DNA of 64,000 bases from a candidate division CSSED10-310 bacterium (GTDB lineage Bacteria; CSSED10-310), in contig PWNJ01000038.1 of NCBI GenBank assembly GCA_003558985.1, forward strand, positions 4,990 to 68,989. The letters run 5' to 3'. Below, one piece after another: positions 18,537-28,052 of the stretch. Position 1 is the first letter of the stretch, and each line of letters starts with the position of its first letter. The notes beneath the pieces were generated by a model. That model was not told the origin of the DNA and searched no databases. It worked only from the letters and a program-made list of their open reading frames with translations. Position numbers and translations under genes: made by a program.

Positions 18537-19437
18537 GAAGATGGCGATTGACCCGTATAAGATCCGTTACTACACCAAACAAAACCAAAGAAAAACCCAG
18601 ACTCATAAACACAGAGGCAATCACGAGCGACTGAACTTTTCCGGTGGGATCCGGAAAATTGATCAGATAATAAATCAAAAACCGAAAAAACAGCAGTCCT
18701 CCTACGCCCAGACTGATTAGTCCTGAACGATTAAAAAGCTTTTCGGGACTGTAAAGCGCCCATATACGAATTATTGTGGCAGCCTGTCGTCGAATATAAT
18801 ACCAGTTACTGTGAAACAAGTGGCTCGGGCGAGTCGGTGGATTGGTGCGGACTTCAATCGAAGCCACACGCAACCCGCTTTGAGCTGCCTGGATAATTGT
18901 TTCAATCGTATAAGTAAAATCTGAAAAAACTTTCAACCGTCTGAGCGCACGTCTTGAATATGCCCGAAACCCACTTGCAACATCCCGTACATCAGCTCCG
19001 GTCAGCCATTTGATAATCTGGCTGCCCATACGTTGCAACCGTTTTTTCATCGGTGAAAAATGTCGAATGCTCTCAATAGGACGACAACCCACCACTACAT
19101 CTGCCTGATTTTCAAGAATCGGTTGCACAAGAGCATGAATGCATTCACCGACATATTGATTGTCTCCATCCGTGTTGACAAGAATGTCCGCTTGCATTCT
19201 GGATGCTTCTGCCAAACCCCGGGCAAATGCACGAGCCAGTCCCTGGTTATAAGGCAATGACACAACCCGGTCCACACCCAGATTTCGGGCAACTTCGGCT
19301 GTGCTGTCAGTTGAACCATCGTCGATAACCAATATCTCTATCCGGTCAATGCCGGGAATGGATTTTGGCAAATCCGAAAATGTCATCGGCAGTGTCTCGG
19401 CTTCATTAAAACAAGGTATTTGAATCACAAGTTTCAT
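18475..19437 (-). CDS. GT2 polyprenol-phosphate sugar synthase (Dpm1/GtrB/ArnC-like)
   Basis: MKLVIQIPCFNEAETLP...ILVIDDGSTDSTAEVA...DGDNQY contains the GT2 DxD/DGD motifs. The C-terminal hydrophobic helices are typical of Dpm1/GtrB-type enzymes. Confidence 0.75.
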   Translation of the reverse strand: MKLVIQIPCFNEAETLPMTFSDLPKSIPGIDRIEILVIDDGSTDSTAEVARNLGVDRVVSLPYNQGLARAFARGLAEASRMQADILVNTDGDNQYVGECIHALVQPILENQADVVVGCRPIESIRHFSPMKKRLQRMGSQIIKWLTGADVRDVASGFRAYSRRALRRLKVFSDFTYTIETIIQAAQSGLRVASIEVRTNPPTRPSHLFHSNWYYIRRQAATIIRIWALYSPEKLFNRSGLISLGVGGLLFFRFLIYYLINFPDPTGKVQSLVIASVFMSLGFSLVLFGVVTDLIRVNRHLLEETIDRLDTENYDVGDSKD

Positions 19438-19552
19438 ACCGGTATCTTACGGATTCTGAGCCGTTTCGCAACAAATAGCTCAAAAAAAAGTCTTTGAAAC
19501 AGTATCGTAAGCGATCATCTCGATTTGAAATCATTAACGTGATATATTTAAA

Positions 19553-20428
19553 TTGAAACCAGGGGAGGATGCTTTGGCTCATTCAGGTCATTTTTCGATA
19601 TATAAAATCGTAGTTGCAATGTTGTTGACTGGTTTGACCGGATGTTCAGAGTGGTCGCCACCATCCCGATATGACTGGTCGAATCCAGCACATCTGGATA
19701 CGGTTACCATAACGCTGGATAATGGAGTGACTCTGGAAATGGTCTATCTGGAAGGTGGAACTTTCCAAATGGGATCATCACCGGAAGATCCTGGACACTA
19801 CGGTATTGAAGCGCCTGTACGAAACATCACTCTGAGTGGGTTTTGGATAGGACGCCATCTGGTGACTCAGGCTCAGTATCTTTCTGTCATGGGTACGAAT
19901 CCGGCATTTTTTACTGGTGACAACCGTCCGGTCGAACGTGTTTCCTGGCATGATGCGATGGCCTTTTGCAGAACACTGTCTTCGTCAATTGACGGCACAT
20001 TCACACTGCCCACCGAAGCGCAATGGGAATATGCCTGTCGGGCAGGCACTCTGACATCATTCAGTTTCGGTGACTGCCTTGATACGGCTCATGCAAATTA
20101 CGACGGTCGAAGACCATTTGAGGAATGTCCTACAGGTGATTTTCGTGGTGAAACCTGGGATGTTGGTTCTGGCCAACCAAATCTATGGGGTTTGTACGAT
20201 ATGCATGGTAATCTGTGGGAATGGTGTCTGAACTGGCACGGACCATACTCGCCGGGTGATGCAGTCAATCCTGCTGGACCAGCAAGTGGGCAAATACGAA
20301 TTTTACGGGGTGGAGCATGGGACTTGCATCAACGACATTGCCGAAGTGCACACCGGACGGGTGGAGAGCCTCAGACCCGCTGGGGAAACCAGGGTTTCCG
20401 GATAGTTCGGCTTTCGGAGACGGAGTGA
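19553..20428 (+). CDS. FGE-sulfatase (SUMF1/formylglycine-generating-enzyme-like) domain lipoprotein
   Basis: Lipobox LTGLTGC. RVSWHDAMAFC...GNLWEWCLNWHGPY...RGGAW motifs of the FGE-sulfatase domain. Confidence 0.65.
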   Translation: MKPGEDALAHSGHFSIYKIVVAMLLTGLTGCSEWSPPSRYDWSNPAHLDTVTITLDNGVTLEMVYLEGGTFQMGSSPEDPGHYGIEAPVRNITLSGFWIGRHLVTQAQYLSVMGTNPAFFTGDNRPVERVSWHDAMAFCRTLSSSIDGTFTLPTEAQWEYACRAGTLTSFSFGDCLDTAHANYDGRRPFEECPTGDFRGETWDVGSGQPNLWGLYDMHGNLWEWCLNWHGPYSPGDAVNPAGPASGQIRILRGGAWDLHQRHCRSAHRTGGEPQTRWGNQGFRIVRLSETE

Positions 20429-20619
20429 TCCGGGAAGCTTTAACCATTTGCAAGGCGACTATTACTTGATTCGCGAATCTGGATATCGAAACGAAAACAG
20501 TAATGTGATACGCTAACCCGATATCGGGATGGTTGCATCCGGCAATGAATACCGTGCGGGCAATACACGTAATGTTATCAGATGAACCGTCATCAAGTTG
20601 ATTATGAAGGGAGTCGATT

Positions 20620-21609
20620 ATGTCAAACACCATTAATTTTACTATCCGTGACAGAGAAAAACCCGTTCGCGGATCACCAGCAATGATTATCTGGGGAATT
20701 GTGCTCATTGTGCTGATTATGATAGTCAGTACAATGTTTTACACTGTTCAGGCGGAATATCAGGGGATTGTTCTAAGGTTTGGGAAATACATCAAAACCG
20801 TTGAACCCGGCCTGCATTTTAAGCTGCCCATGGGCATTGACGAAGTACACCTTGTTCCGGTTCGACGACAACTGAAACAGGAGTTCGGTTTCGGGTCACC
20901 AGGCGCGACAAGCCGAACTCAATATGCATCGTCACGCGCCGAACAGGAAGGCGAACGTAACATGGTTTCGGGTGATCTGAACGCGGCTACCGTCGAATGG
21001 ATTATCCAGTTCAGAGTTATGGACCCTCAGCAGTTTTTGTTTAGAGTTCGCAATCCGGAAACGACACTCAGAAACATTTCCGAGTCCGTTATGCGCGCTG
21101 TTGTAGGCGACCGAACTGTTGATGAGGTTATCACTGTGGGTCGACAGGAAATTGAATCGGTGGCTCTGACTCAAATGCAGGAAGTCGTCAATCTGTACCA
21201 GTTGGGTCTTATTATTGACCAGGTTCAACTCAAGGATGTCAATCCACCGCGAAAAGTTCAGCCGTCGTTCAACGAGGTAAACCAGGCTCAACAAGAACGC
21301 GAACAGATGATCAACATTGCTAATGGCGAATACAATCGTGTTATTCCACGCGCCCGGGGTGAGGCTGAACAGCGTATTCAGTCTGCCGAAGGATATGCGC
21401 TTAGACGTATAAATGAAGCACAGGGTGAGGTGTCCCGCTTTAATGCTGTTCTTGCAGAATACATTAAAGCGCCTGATGTTACTCGACAACGTCTTTATCT
21501 GGAAACACTTGCAACGGTGATTCCGAATATGGGAGGAAAATACGTTATCGATCACGAAGCCACACAAATCCTGCCGTTGCTTCAGCTTCATGAAAGGGGT
21601 CAGCAATGA
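20620..21609 (+). CDS. hflK: SPFH/band-7 protein HflK
   Basis: N-terminal TM, then an SPFH domain (QAEYQGIVLRFGKY...GLHFKLP). It is followed by, and overlaps by 4 nt with, the hflC-like gene. Confidence 0.75.
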   Translation: MSNTINFTIRDREKPVRGSPAMIIWGIVLIVLIMIVSTMFYTVQAEYQGIVLRFGKYIKTVEPGLHFKLPMGIDEVHLVPVRRQLKQEFGFGSPGATSRTQYASSRAEQEGERNMVSGDLNAATVEWIIQFRVMDPQQFLFRVRNPETTLRNISESVMRAVVGDRTVDEVITVGRQEIESVALTQMQEVVNLYQLGLIIDQVQLKDVNPPRKVQPSFNEVNQAQQEREQMINIANGEYNRVIPRARGEAEQRIQSAEGYALRRINEAQGEVSRFNAVLAEYIKAPDVTRQRLYLETLATVIPNMGGKYVIDHEATQILPLLQLHERGQQ

Positions 21610-22577
21610 AAAATGTAACAACAATTATAACAGCAATTGTGATCCTTTTTGCACTTCTTATTGTTTCCGGAGTGTTCTACCGAGTGCACGAAGTGGATCA
21701 GGTCATCATCACACAATTCGGTCGCCCGATCGGAGACCCCATCTCAGATGCCGGCCTACATTTTAAAATACCGCTGATTCAGGAAGTAAACCGCTTTGAA
21801 AAACGTATTCTGGAATGGGATGGCAGACCACATGAAATGCCAACAAAAGATAAACTGTACATTATCGTTGATACTTTCGCACGCTGGCGTATTAAAGATG
21901 CAACTCAGTATTTCCTGCGCCTCCGCGATGAACGAAGCGCTCTGTCACGACTGGATGATATCCTGGGTAGCGAAACCCGAAACGCAATTGCCAGACACGA
22001 ACTGATCGAAATGATTCGCTCAACAAAAGACCGGGAAGCATACCTTGACCCGACACTTGAAACCGTCTCCGGAGACATCGGCCGCCTGTATCCGATCGAA
22101 CGCGGAAGAACGCTGATAGAACAGGATATTCTGAGTGAAGCAGCGCCCAAACTGGCCGAATTCGGCATTGATCTGCTGGATATCAGGTTCAAACGGATCA
22201 ATTACAACGAAAGTGTTCAGGAACGTATATACAGCCGTATGATTAGTGAACGCCAGCAAATTGCTCAGCGGTTTCGCTCCGAAGGCGCTGGAGAAGCCGC
22301 TCGAATTGATGGCCGCCGTGAACGTGACCTTCAGGAAATTGAATCGGAAGCTTTCAAACAGGTGCAGATAGTTCGAGGGCGGGCCGATGCCACTGCGACC
22401 GAAATTTATGCCGAAGCATACAATCAAAGCCCTACTGCGGCAGAATTCTACGCCTTTATAAAAACACTCGAAACATATGAAACCATACTGAAAAAAGATA
22501 CTACCTTGATTCTGACAACTGACAGCGATGTGTATAAATATCTGAAAAATATCGCACCACAACCCATACGCCGGTAA
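21606..22577 (+). CDS. hflC: SPFH/band-7 protein HflC
   Basis: N-terminal TM plus an SPFH domain (VDQVIITQFGRPIG...GLHFKIP). It sits in the canonical hflK-hflC arrangement. Confidence 0.75.
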   Translation: MKNVTTIITAIVILFALLIVSGVFYRVHEVDQVIITQFGRPIGDPISDAGLHFKIPLIQEVNRFEKRILEWDGRPHEMPTKDKLYIIVDTFARWRIKDATQYFLRLRDERSALSRLDDILGSETRNAIARHELIEMIRSTKDREAYLDPTLETVSGDIGRLYPIERGRTLIEQDILSEAAPKLAEFGIDLLDIRFKRINYNESVQERIYSRMISERQQIAQRFRSEGAGEAARIDGRRERDLQEIESEAFKQVQIVRGRADATATEIYAEAYNQSPTAAEFYAFIKTLETYETILKKDTTLILTTDSDVYKYLKNIAPQPIRR

Positions 22578-22611
22578 AACCAGCAACCCATTAGTCCGGA
22601 GGATACCAACG

Positions 22612-23484
22612 ATGAACAATCAGGAACCCGATGCAAAACAACGCGCGTTTTTACAGGGGGAGCTACTGGATTGTGCCGCATACGTTAAAGCATTTGAGGA
22701 TATTTCGCTGCTGAAACGGCCGGAGCTTCGCCCCGTCCGCCTCCAACTGGAACTGCTGAAACCCGAACTGGCTCAGCAGGAGCATAACATAGTCTCAACA
22801 ATTGTGGTATTCGGAAGCGCTCGAACACCACCCCCTGAAATGGCTGAACAGGAAATGGCCGAAGCAGAAGCTCTGATGGCCGCAGAACCAAATAATCCCG
22901 AATCCCGGACGGTAATGAAAAAAGCTCAGAAAAGGGCAGAACACGCACACTACTATTCGGTCGCAAGAGATTTCAGCAAAATGGTGTCATCAACCTGTCA
23001 AATCACAGGTCGCTGCGAATATGTTGTGGTTACAGGTGGAGGCCCCGGCGTTATGGAAGCTGCTAATCGGGGCGCTTATGATATTGGCGCAAAAAGTATA
23101 GGCCTGAATATTGAATTGCCGTTTGAACAGGCTCCAAACCCGTTTATTACGCCAGATTTGTGTTTTAACTTCCATTATTTTGCTATTCGAAAAATGCATT
23201 TTCTGATACGTGCCAAAGCGTTGGTGGCCTTTCCTGGAGGTTTTGGCACGCTTGATGAACTGTTTGAAGCGCTGACACTGATTCAAACTCTGAAAATTCC
23301 CCCGTTACCCGTTATTCTGGTCGGACGCCGTTTCTGGAACAGAATCATTGATTTCGATGCTCTTGTGGAAGAAGGTGTGATTTCACCAAAAGATATTGAT
23401 TTGTTTGACTACGCTGAAACACCAGAAGAAATTTGGGAACTGATCAGCGACTATACGGCCGATACTTCAAAGATTATTGATTAA
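22612..23484 (+). CDS. LOG family protein (TIGR00730; cytokinin riboside 5'-monophosphate phosphoribohydrolase-like)
   Basis: TGGGPGVMEAANRGA...PGGFGTLDELFE motifs. Confidence 0.7.
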   Translation: MNNQEPDAKQRAFLQGELLDCAAYVKAFEDISLLKRPELRPVRLQLELLKPELAQQEHNIVSTIVVFGSARTPPPEMAEQEMAEAEALMAAEPNNPESRTVMKKAQKRAEHAHYYSVARDFSKMVSSTCQITGRCEYVVVTGGGPGVMEAANRGAYDIGAKSIGLNIELPFEQAPNPFITPDLCFNFHYFAIRKMHFLIRAKALVAFPGGFGTLDELFEALTLIQTLKIPPLPVILVGRRFWNRIIDFDALVEEGVISPKDIDLFDYAETPEEIWELISDYTADTSKIID

Positions 23485-23554
23485 TTGGATTGAATAGAAA
23501 CGGCAATAATAATTCTGTTATCGTTTAAACGAATTTGAACGACCGCACAATTTG

Positions 23555-24541
23555 TTATTGTATTACATCCGGCTGAGAAAGATATAGTTCCATCACAAGC
23601 CGATAAAATTCCGAAGGTGTAGAAAGACTGAATAATCGCTTTCGAAAGCGGCTAATATGTGCAAACCCTTTCAGATACCATGCCGCATGCTTTCGAAAGA
23701 TCAAAGTTCCTTTGTGCTCACCAAAATCTTCAATTAAATAATCAAGATGTTTTGCGAATACTCGAAAACGTTCCTGAACAGATGGTTCAGAGGGCATAAT
23801 TCCGGTTTCAAGATTCATCTTTATCCGCGCGGGTAGCCAGGGATTGCCCAGTATTCCCCGTGCAACCATTACACCGTCACAGCCGGAAAGATTCAAAAAA
23901 TGTTCTGCTTGATTGGGTGTAAAAACATCGCCGTTTCCGACAACTGGTACGGAAACACGGGATTTGATTTCACCAATCGCATCCCAGTCAGCCGGCACAG
24001 ACAAACTGGTGCGGTAACGTCCATGCACAGTAATGAAGTCCACGCCCTCCGATTCCGCCATTATGGCAAAATCCGGAGCAACAAAAATGCCGGGTGTTGT
24101 TCCAAGCCGGATTTTGATGCTGACTGACCCGTCAAAGTATTTCCGAACTGCCCGGACAATAGCTGTTGCCCGAGGTAGATCATTCATTAATGACAAACCG
24201 GATGCATTGTTAAAAACCTTTTTTGCTGGGCACCCCATGTTGATGTCGATATTGTCTGGTTCCAAATGTCGTATCAAATCAATTGTTCTGACAAAATGAT
24301 CGGCTGAATAACCAAAAATCTGAACATTCAAAGGATGAATTCCCGGTTCATAACGAACAATCTTGTGTACCCCTTTGGGATGTCTTGCCAGCGCTGCCGA
24401 AGGTAACATCTCGGTGCTGATAACTGGAGCGCCGCACTGGCGCAATATTCGCTGATATGCTCGGTCAGTTACACCGGCCAGCGGCGCAGCAAATACTGCA
24501 GGATTACCGGATTTGAAAACAGTGTTAATAAACGATTTCAT
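23555..24541 (-). CDS. dus: tRNA-dihydrouridine synthase
   Basis: AAPLAGVTDRAYQRI, IDINMGCPAKKV and TVHGR motifs of the Dus family. Confidence 0.8.
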   Translation of the reverse strand: MKSFINTVFKSGNPAVFAAPLAGVTDRAYQRILRQCGAPVISTEMLPSAALARHPKGVHKIVRYEPGIHPLNVQIFGYSADHFVRTIDLIRHLEPDNIDINMGCPAKKVFNNASGLSLMNDLPRATAIVRAVRKYFDGSVSIKIRLGTTPGIFVAPDFAIMAESEGVDFITVHGRYRTSLSVPADWDAIGEIKSRVSVPVVGNGDVFTPNQAEHFLNLSGCDGVMVARGILGNPWLPARIKMNLETGIMPSEPSVQERFRVFAKHLDYLIEDFGEHKGTLIFRKHAAWYLKGFAHISRFRKRLFSLSTPSEFYRLVMELYLSQPDVIQ

Positions 24542-24560
24542 AGCAGCCAGGTAAATACTG

Positions 24561-25895
24561 CTAATTTACAAGCGATTCAATGGGTACAACTTGAATACCA
24601 TCCTGAAGGATTTCCGGTAAAACGTCTTTGACCTGATCCAGTGTGCTGTCAATTGCATGGCCAATTCCGATTGCGCTGCCATTGCGTTTGGCCATGTCAG
24701 CCAAAAGACGCATGTTAGCCCGGACATCACCTCCATCATATCCCTGATCAATGAATACGTGACGGGAGGCAGTCGGAATGCTCAATGCGCGCGCTACTTC
24801 TTCGGCAACCGAATCAGCGGTTGTCCGGCTGTCAATAAAAATAAGATTCCGTTTTTTGATCTCAGAAAGAAAAACCTGCATAGCACGTCTGTTTTCCGTC
24901 ATTTTCGATCCTGTATGATTATTGACACCGATAACTCCACGGTGATCATTCAGCATTAACACAGTTTGCTCCCGCAAAGTACTGCCATCCATCCAGGTCA
25001 TTAGATATTGATCTGCCATGTTACCCATGGCAGCCGGATTATGCGGTTCCATTGGAGCATGTAAAAATGCAGTCTGATCCGCCTGGTTTGTCATAGAAAT
25101 TATTTCATTGGAAAATGGCTGCCACGGAAGAACCGCTATGGTAATTGGAACATTCAACTCGGTAAGAAATCGGTGAGCAATAGCCTCGTTGGGACCGAAA
25201 TCATCAAAAATTAATGCTATAGAAGGTTGAAGTGAAGTATCAAAATTCTCGTCGTCAGGCTGGGGGGGCGGAGGGTCCGGATCGACTACAGGCGTTGGCA
25301 ATTCTGTGGGATAGTAATACAAATCAATTTTATGTGTTATACCGGCATGTGTACCGATGTAATAAGTCTGAAGCCATTCGCCTGGATTGCGTATGCTGTG
25401 ACGACGAAAAATGTTTACACCTTCCCGGCGGACCTGCTGGTCAAATTCTGTAACGATCTGTTCAAATGTCTTTTCATCAGAAACAGTAAATACTTGATGC
25501 ACCACATGTAATTGCTCAGTGTTACTAATAATGGTATGGCCATCATGTGTTAACACAAGAGAAGTCGAACCAATACCTTTAAGGACACGGTCCAATGAAT
25601 ATGAAACATCTTCAGTCGAAATTGCCGGGGTTATCCCAACAAGAGTTTCCCATAAACCGATATGACCACGTTTCATTGCGCGCTGATCCAGTATGACAAT
25701 GGTGGAAGCCAGAAATACAACTGCCAGTATTAAAAACATAAAAAGATAGCGGAACGATTTTGACACTTGTTTCTTACGAAGTTTTTGTGGAGGCTTTCGA
25801 TTTGTAGACCGGGATTTTGTTCGCGATGAAGCTGCGGCTCCGGTTTTCTTTTTTCGAGGTTTTGAAACCCCCTTTTTTCCATTCGAAGCAGTCAT
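24561..25895 (-). CDS. Divergent polysaccharide deacetylase (YibQ/DUF610-like) with a basic N-terminal tail and a TM anchor
   Basis: ALIFDDFGPN...IAVLPW...LHAPMEP...NHTGSKMT motifs. The N-terminus is Lys/Arg-rich and is followed by one TM. Confidence 0.55.
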   Translation of the reverse strand: MTASNGKKGVSKPRKKKTGAAASSRTKSRSTNRKPPQKLRKKQVSKSFRYLFMFLILAVVFLASTIVILDQRAMKRGHIGLWETLVGITPAISTEDVSYSLDRVLKGIGSTSLVLTHDGHTIISNTEQLHVVHQVFTVSDEKTFEQIVTEFDQQVRREGVNIFRRHSIRNPGEWLQTYYIGTHAGITHKIDLYYYPTELPTPVVDPDPPPPQPDDENFDTSLQPSIALIFDDFGPNEAIAHRFLTELNVPITIAVLPWQPFSNEIISMTNQADQTAFLHAPMEPHNPAAMGNMADQYLMTWMDGSTLREQTVLMLNDHRGVIGVNNHTGSKMTENRRAMQVFLSEIKKRNLIFIDSRTTADSVAEEVARALSIPTASRHVFIDQGYDGGDVRANMRLLADMAKRNGSAIGIGHAIDSTLDQVKDVLPEILQDGIQVVPIESLVN

Positions 25896-25911
25896 AAATC
25901 AATCTCCGATG

Positions 25912-27060
25912 TCAATCTGTTATGGTAGACTCGTGCAACTGCATTTTTGCTGTTGAAACATAGGGGTCCACATCATCCTGAGCCGGTAACATCACAGGAA
26001 CATCAGGTGTGACTCCCTGACCATGAATTGATTTACCATCAGTTGTACAAAAATAGGAAGTGACCATCATAAGCTCATAGCGATCATCAAGAGGAAGAAT
26101 TTCACGATACACAGCCCGGCCAAATGACACATCACCGGTTATTATGGCTCTTCCAGTGCTTTGAAGTGCAGCAGCAAAGGTTTCAGCAGGACCTGAACTG
26201 GTTTGGTCAATTATAACAGCTAAAGGAAAATCAGTCAGCGCACGACCATCATTCGCAATCACATAACCCATGTTGCTGCCGTCGCGAGTACAGGCATGAA
26301 GCATTATGGTTTCATCTTTAATGAAAATGTCGGCTATTCGAACTCCCAAAACTTCATCCCCCCGATTCAAACCACGTAAATCCAGTATTGCAGGCAGTGA
26401 AGCAGGCATGTCTTCTGTTAGTAACTGATACAGTTGCTCGGGCGTTGACAGGGTGGCTCTTCCTGTAAATTTTACTAATCTAATACCATCCATAGTTGAA
26501 ATCTGAATATCTGGACCAGGGTCTTCAAAAGGTTTCAACTCAATCTCAATTTCTTCCAGATTACCTTGTAAATAGCGCTGCAACAGCAATGTGATTGTGT
26601 CACCCTCATGACCGGTTAACATCCGTTCGGCGCGGTCAATCGTTAAATATGGAGTTACCTGCCCGTTTATCCGGATAATTGTATCACCCGGACGAATATC
26701 CTTTTCATCAGCAGGTGAACCCGGAATAACATCAATTACGCGAATCATGGGCTCCTTAAATCCCGGAACGATCCCGGCAGATAAAGGACCAAACGCCGGA
26801 ATCAAACCACTGTGACCTTTCACAGGAAGCAAAGCTGCATATGGACTTGACGCAAGAAGCATTCCTTCAATAGAACCTTCCGCAAGTATTACCGGGTCGG
26901 TTTCCTCAATATAACGTGACTGAATTAGTTCATAACACTGAGCAAAAAGCTCCAGATATTCCAGAGTCCCCGGTGTACTTTCGGTGGCATCAGTCAGTAA
27001 TGTCCAGCAAAGAAGACCTGTCAGTATCGGAATAATCAACAGCATTTTATGTTTTTTCAT
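25912..27060 (-). CDS. ctpA: Carboxyl-terminal processing protease (S41, PDZ-containing)
   Basis: PDZ (VIDVIPGSPADEKDIRPGDTIIRING) and the S41 core (IIDQTSSGPAETFAAALQ). The likely start is the internal MKKHKMLLIIPIL signal peptide, not the ORF-track start at 27144. Confidence 0.8.
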   Translation of the reverse strand: MKKHKMLLIIPILTGLLCWTLLTDATESTPGTLEYLELFAQCYELIQSRYIEETDPVILAEGSIEGMLLASSPYAALLPVKGHSGLIPAFGPLSAGIVPGFKEPMIRVIDVIPGSPADEKDIRPGDTIIRINGQVTPYLTIDRAERMLTGHEGDTITLLLQRYLQGNLEEIEIELKPFEDPGPDIQISTMDGIRLVKFTGRATLSTPEQLYQLLTEDMPASLPAILDLRGLNRGDEVLGVRIADIFIKDETIMLHACTRDGSNMGYVIANDGRALTDFPLAVIIDQTSSGPAETFAAALQSTGRAIITGDVSFGRAVYREILPLDDRYELMMVTSYFCTTDGKSIHGQGVTPDVPVMLPAQDDVDPYVSTAKMQLHESTITD

Positions 27061-27298
27061 GAATTTAACCTTTGACTCATTTATCTTAAACATCGGTAAA
27101 TCCTGCCTTCCTGGATTTATACTACATCGCTCGCTTGTATTCAATGAATCTGAAGATTAAACCAGGTCAAGCAAATGGACAACTTTGACTTTTTCAAAAG
27201 ATTGTGATGCAGTTTCAAATGCAGTGACGGATGGCTCACATCATGGTTCTGGATTGTAGAGCAGACATGTTTGGAGTTGCCTGGAAGGGATAAACAAG

Positions 27299-27946
27299 AT
27301 GTATAAAGGTATTATTTTTGATCTGGATGGAACATTACTGGATACAATTGATGATCTGGCTAATGCTGCTAACACCGTTTTGAAATCATCCGGCTATCCG
27401 ACTCATTCAGTTGATGCATTCAAGGAAATGATTGGTGATGGTATAAACATACTGGTTCAAAGAATGTTGCCGGTAGATAACTGGCCTGAAGACAAAATAA
27501 AAATAATGGTCCATCAAATGGAAAAGGTGTACCGGAATAGCTGGAAAAATCAAACAAAACCTTTTGTATCTGTTCCGAAATTGCTTGATGAATTGACTCA
27601 ACGAAAATTACAAATGGCAATTCTGTCGAACAAACCGGAAGAGTTTACAATTGAAATGGTTAAATCCTTGCTGCGAAAATGGACTTTCGATCCAGTATTG
27701 GGAGCCACCCCGGAACGACCCAAAAAACCAGACCCGGCTGCTGCGATTGCTATTGTTGATTATTGGAAATATCAGCCTTCAGAGTGTTTGTTTATCGGAG
27801 ATTCAGAACCGGATATACGTACAGCAAAAAACGCTGGAATAGTGTCAGTAGCTGTATCGTGGGGTTTCCGTTCGCGACAGAGACTGATTCATGAATCACC
27901 TGATTACATTATTGATTCACCTGTTGATTTGCTGAACTTGCTTTGA
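27299..27946 (+). CDS. HAD-IA hydrolase (phosphoglycolate phosphatase-like)
   Basis: IIFDLDGTLLDT motif I and downstream HAD motifs (SNKPEEF...KKPDP...GDSEPD). Confidence 0.75.
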   Translation: MYKGIIFDLDGTLLDTIDDLANAANTVLKSSGYPTHSVDAFKEMIGDGINILVQRMLPVDNWPEDKIKIMVHQMEKVYRNSWKNQTKPFVSVPKLLDELTQRKLQMAILSNKPEEFTIEMVKSLLRKWTFDPVLGATPERPKKPDPAAAIAIVDYWKYQPSECLFIGDSEPDIRTAKNAGIVSVAVSWGFRSRQRLIHESPDYIIDSPVDLLNLL

Positions 27947-28052
27947 TATTTCATTGAACTGTAATTCCGGTCAATCCAGAGTATTGCCGGTGAAAAAACT
28001 TATCTGATCGGATTATTGAAACTGAACCAAACTGTTTCCGGGAGAAAACCAA

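Noticed and set aside
20932-22619. Long antisense ORFs (230 aa, 199 aa) opposite hflK/hflC
   Set aside because: They have no motif content and lie fully inside well-supported SPFH genes on the other strand. This is typical antisense ORF noise.
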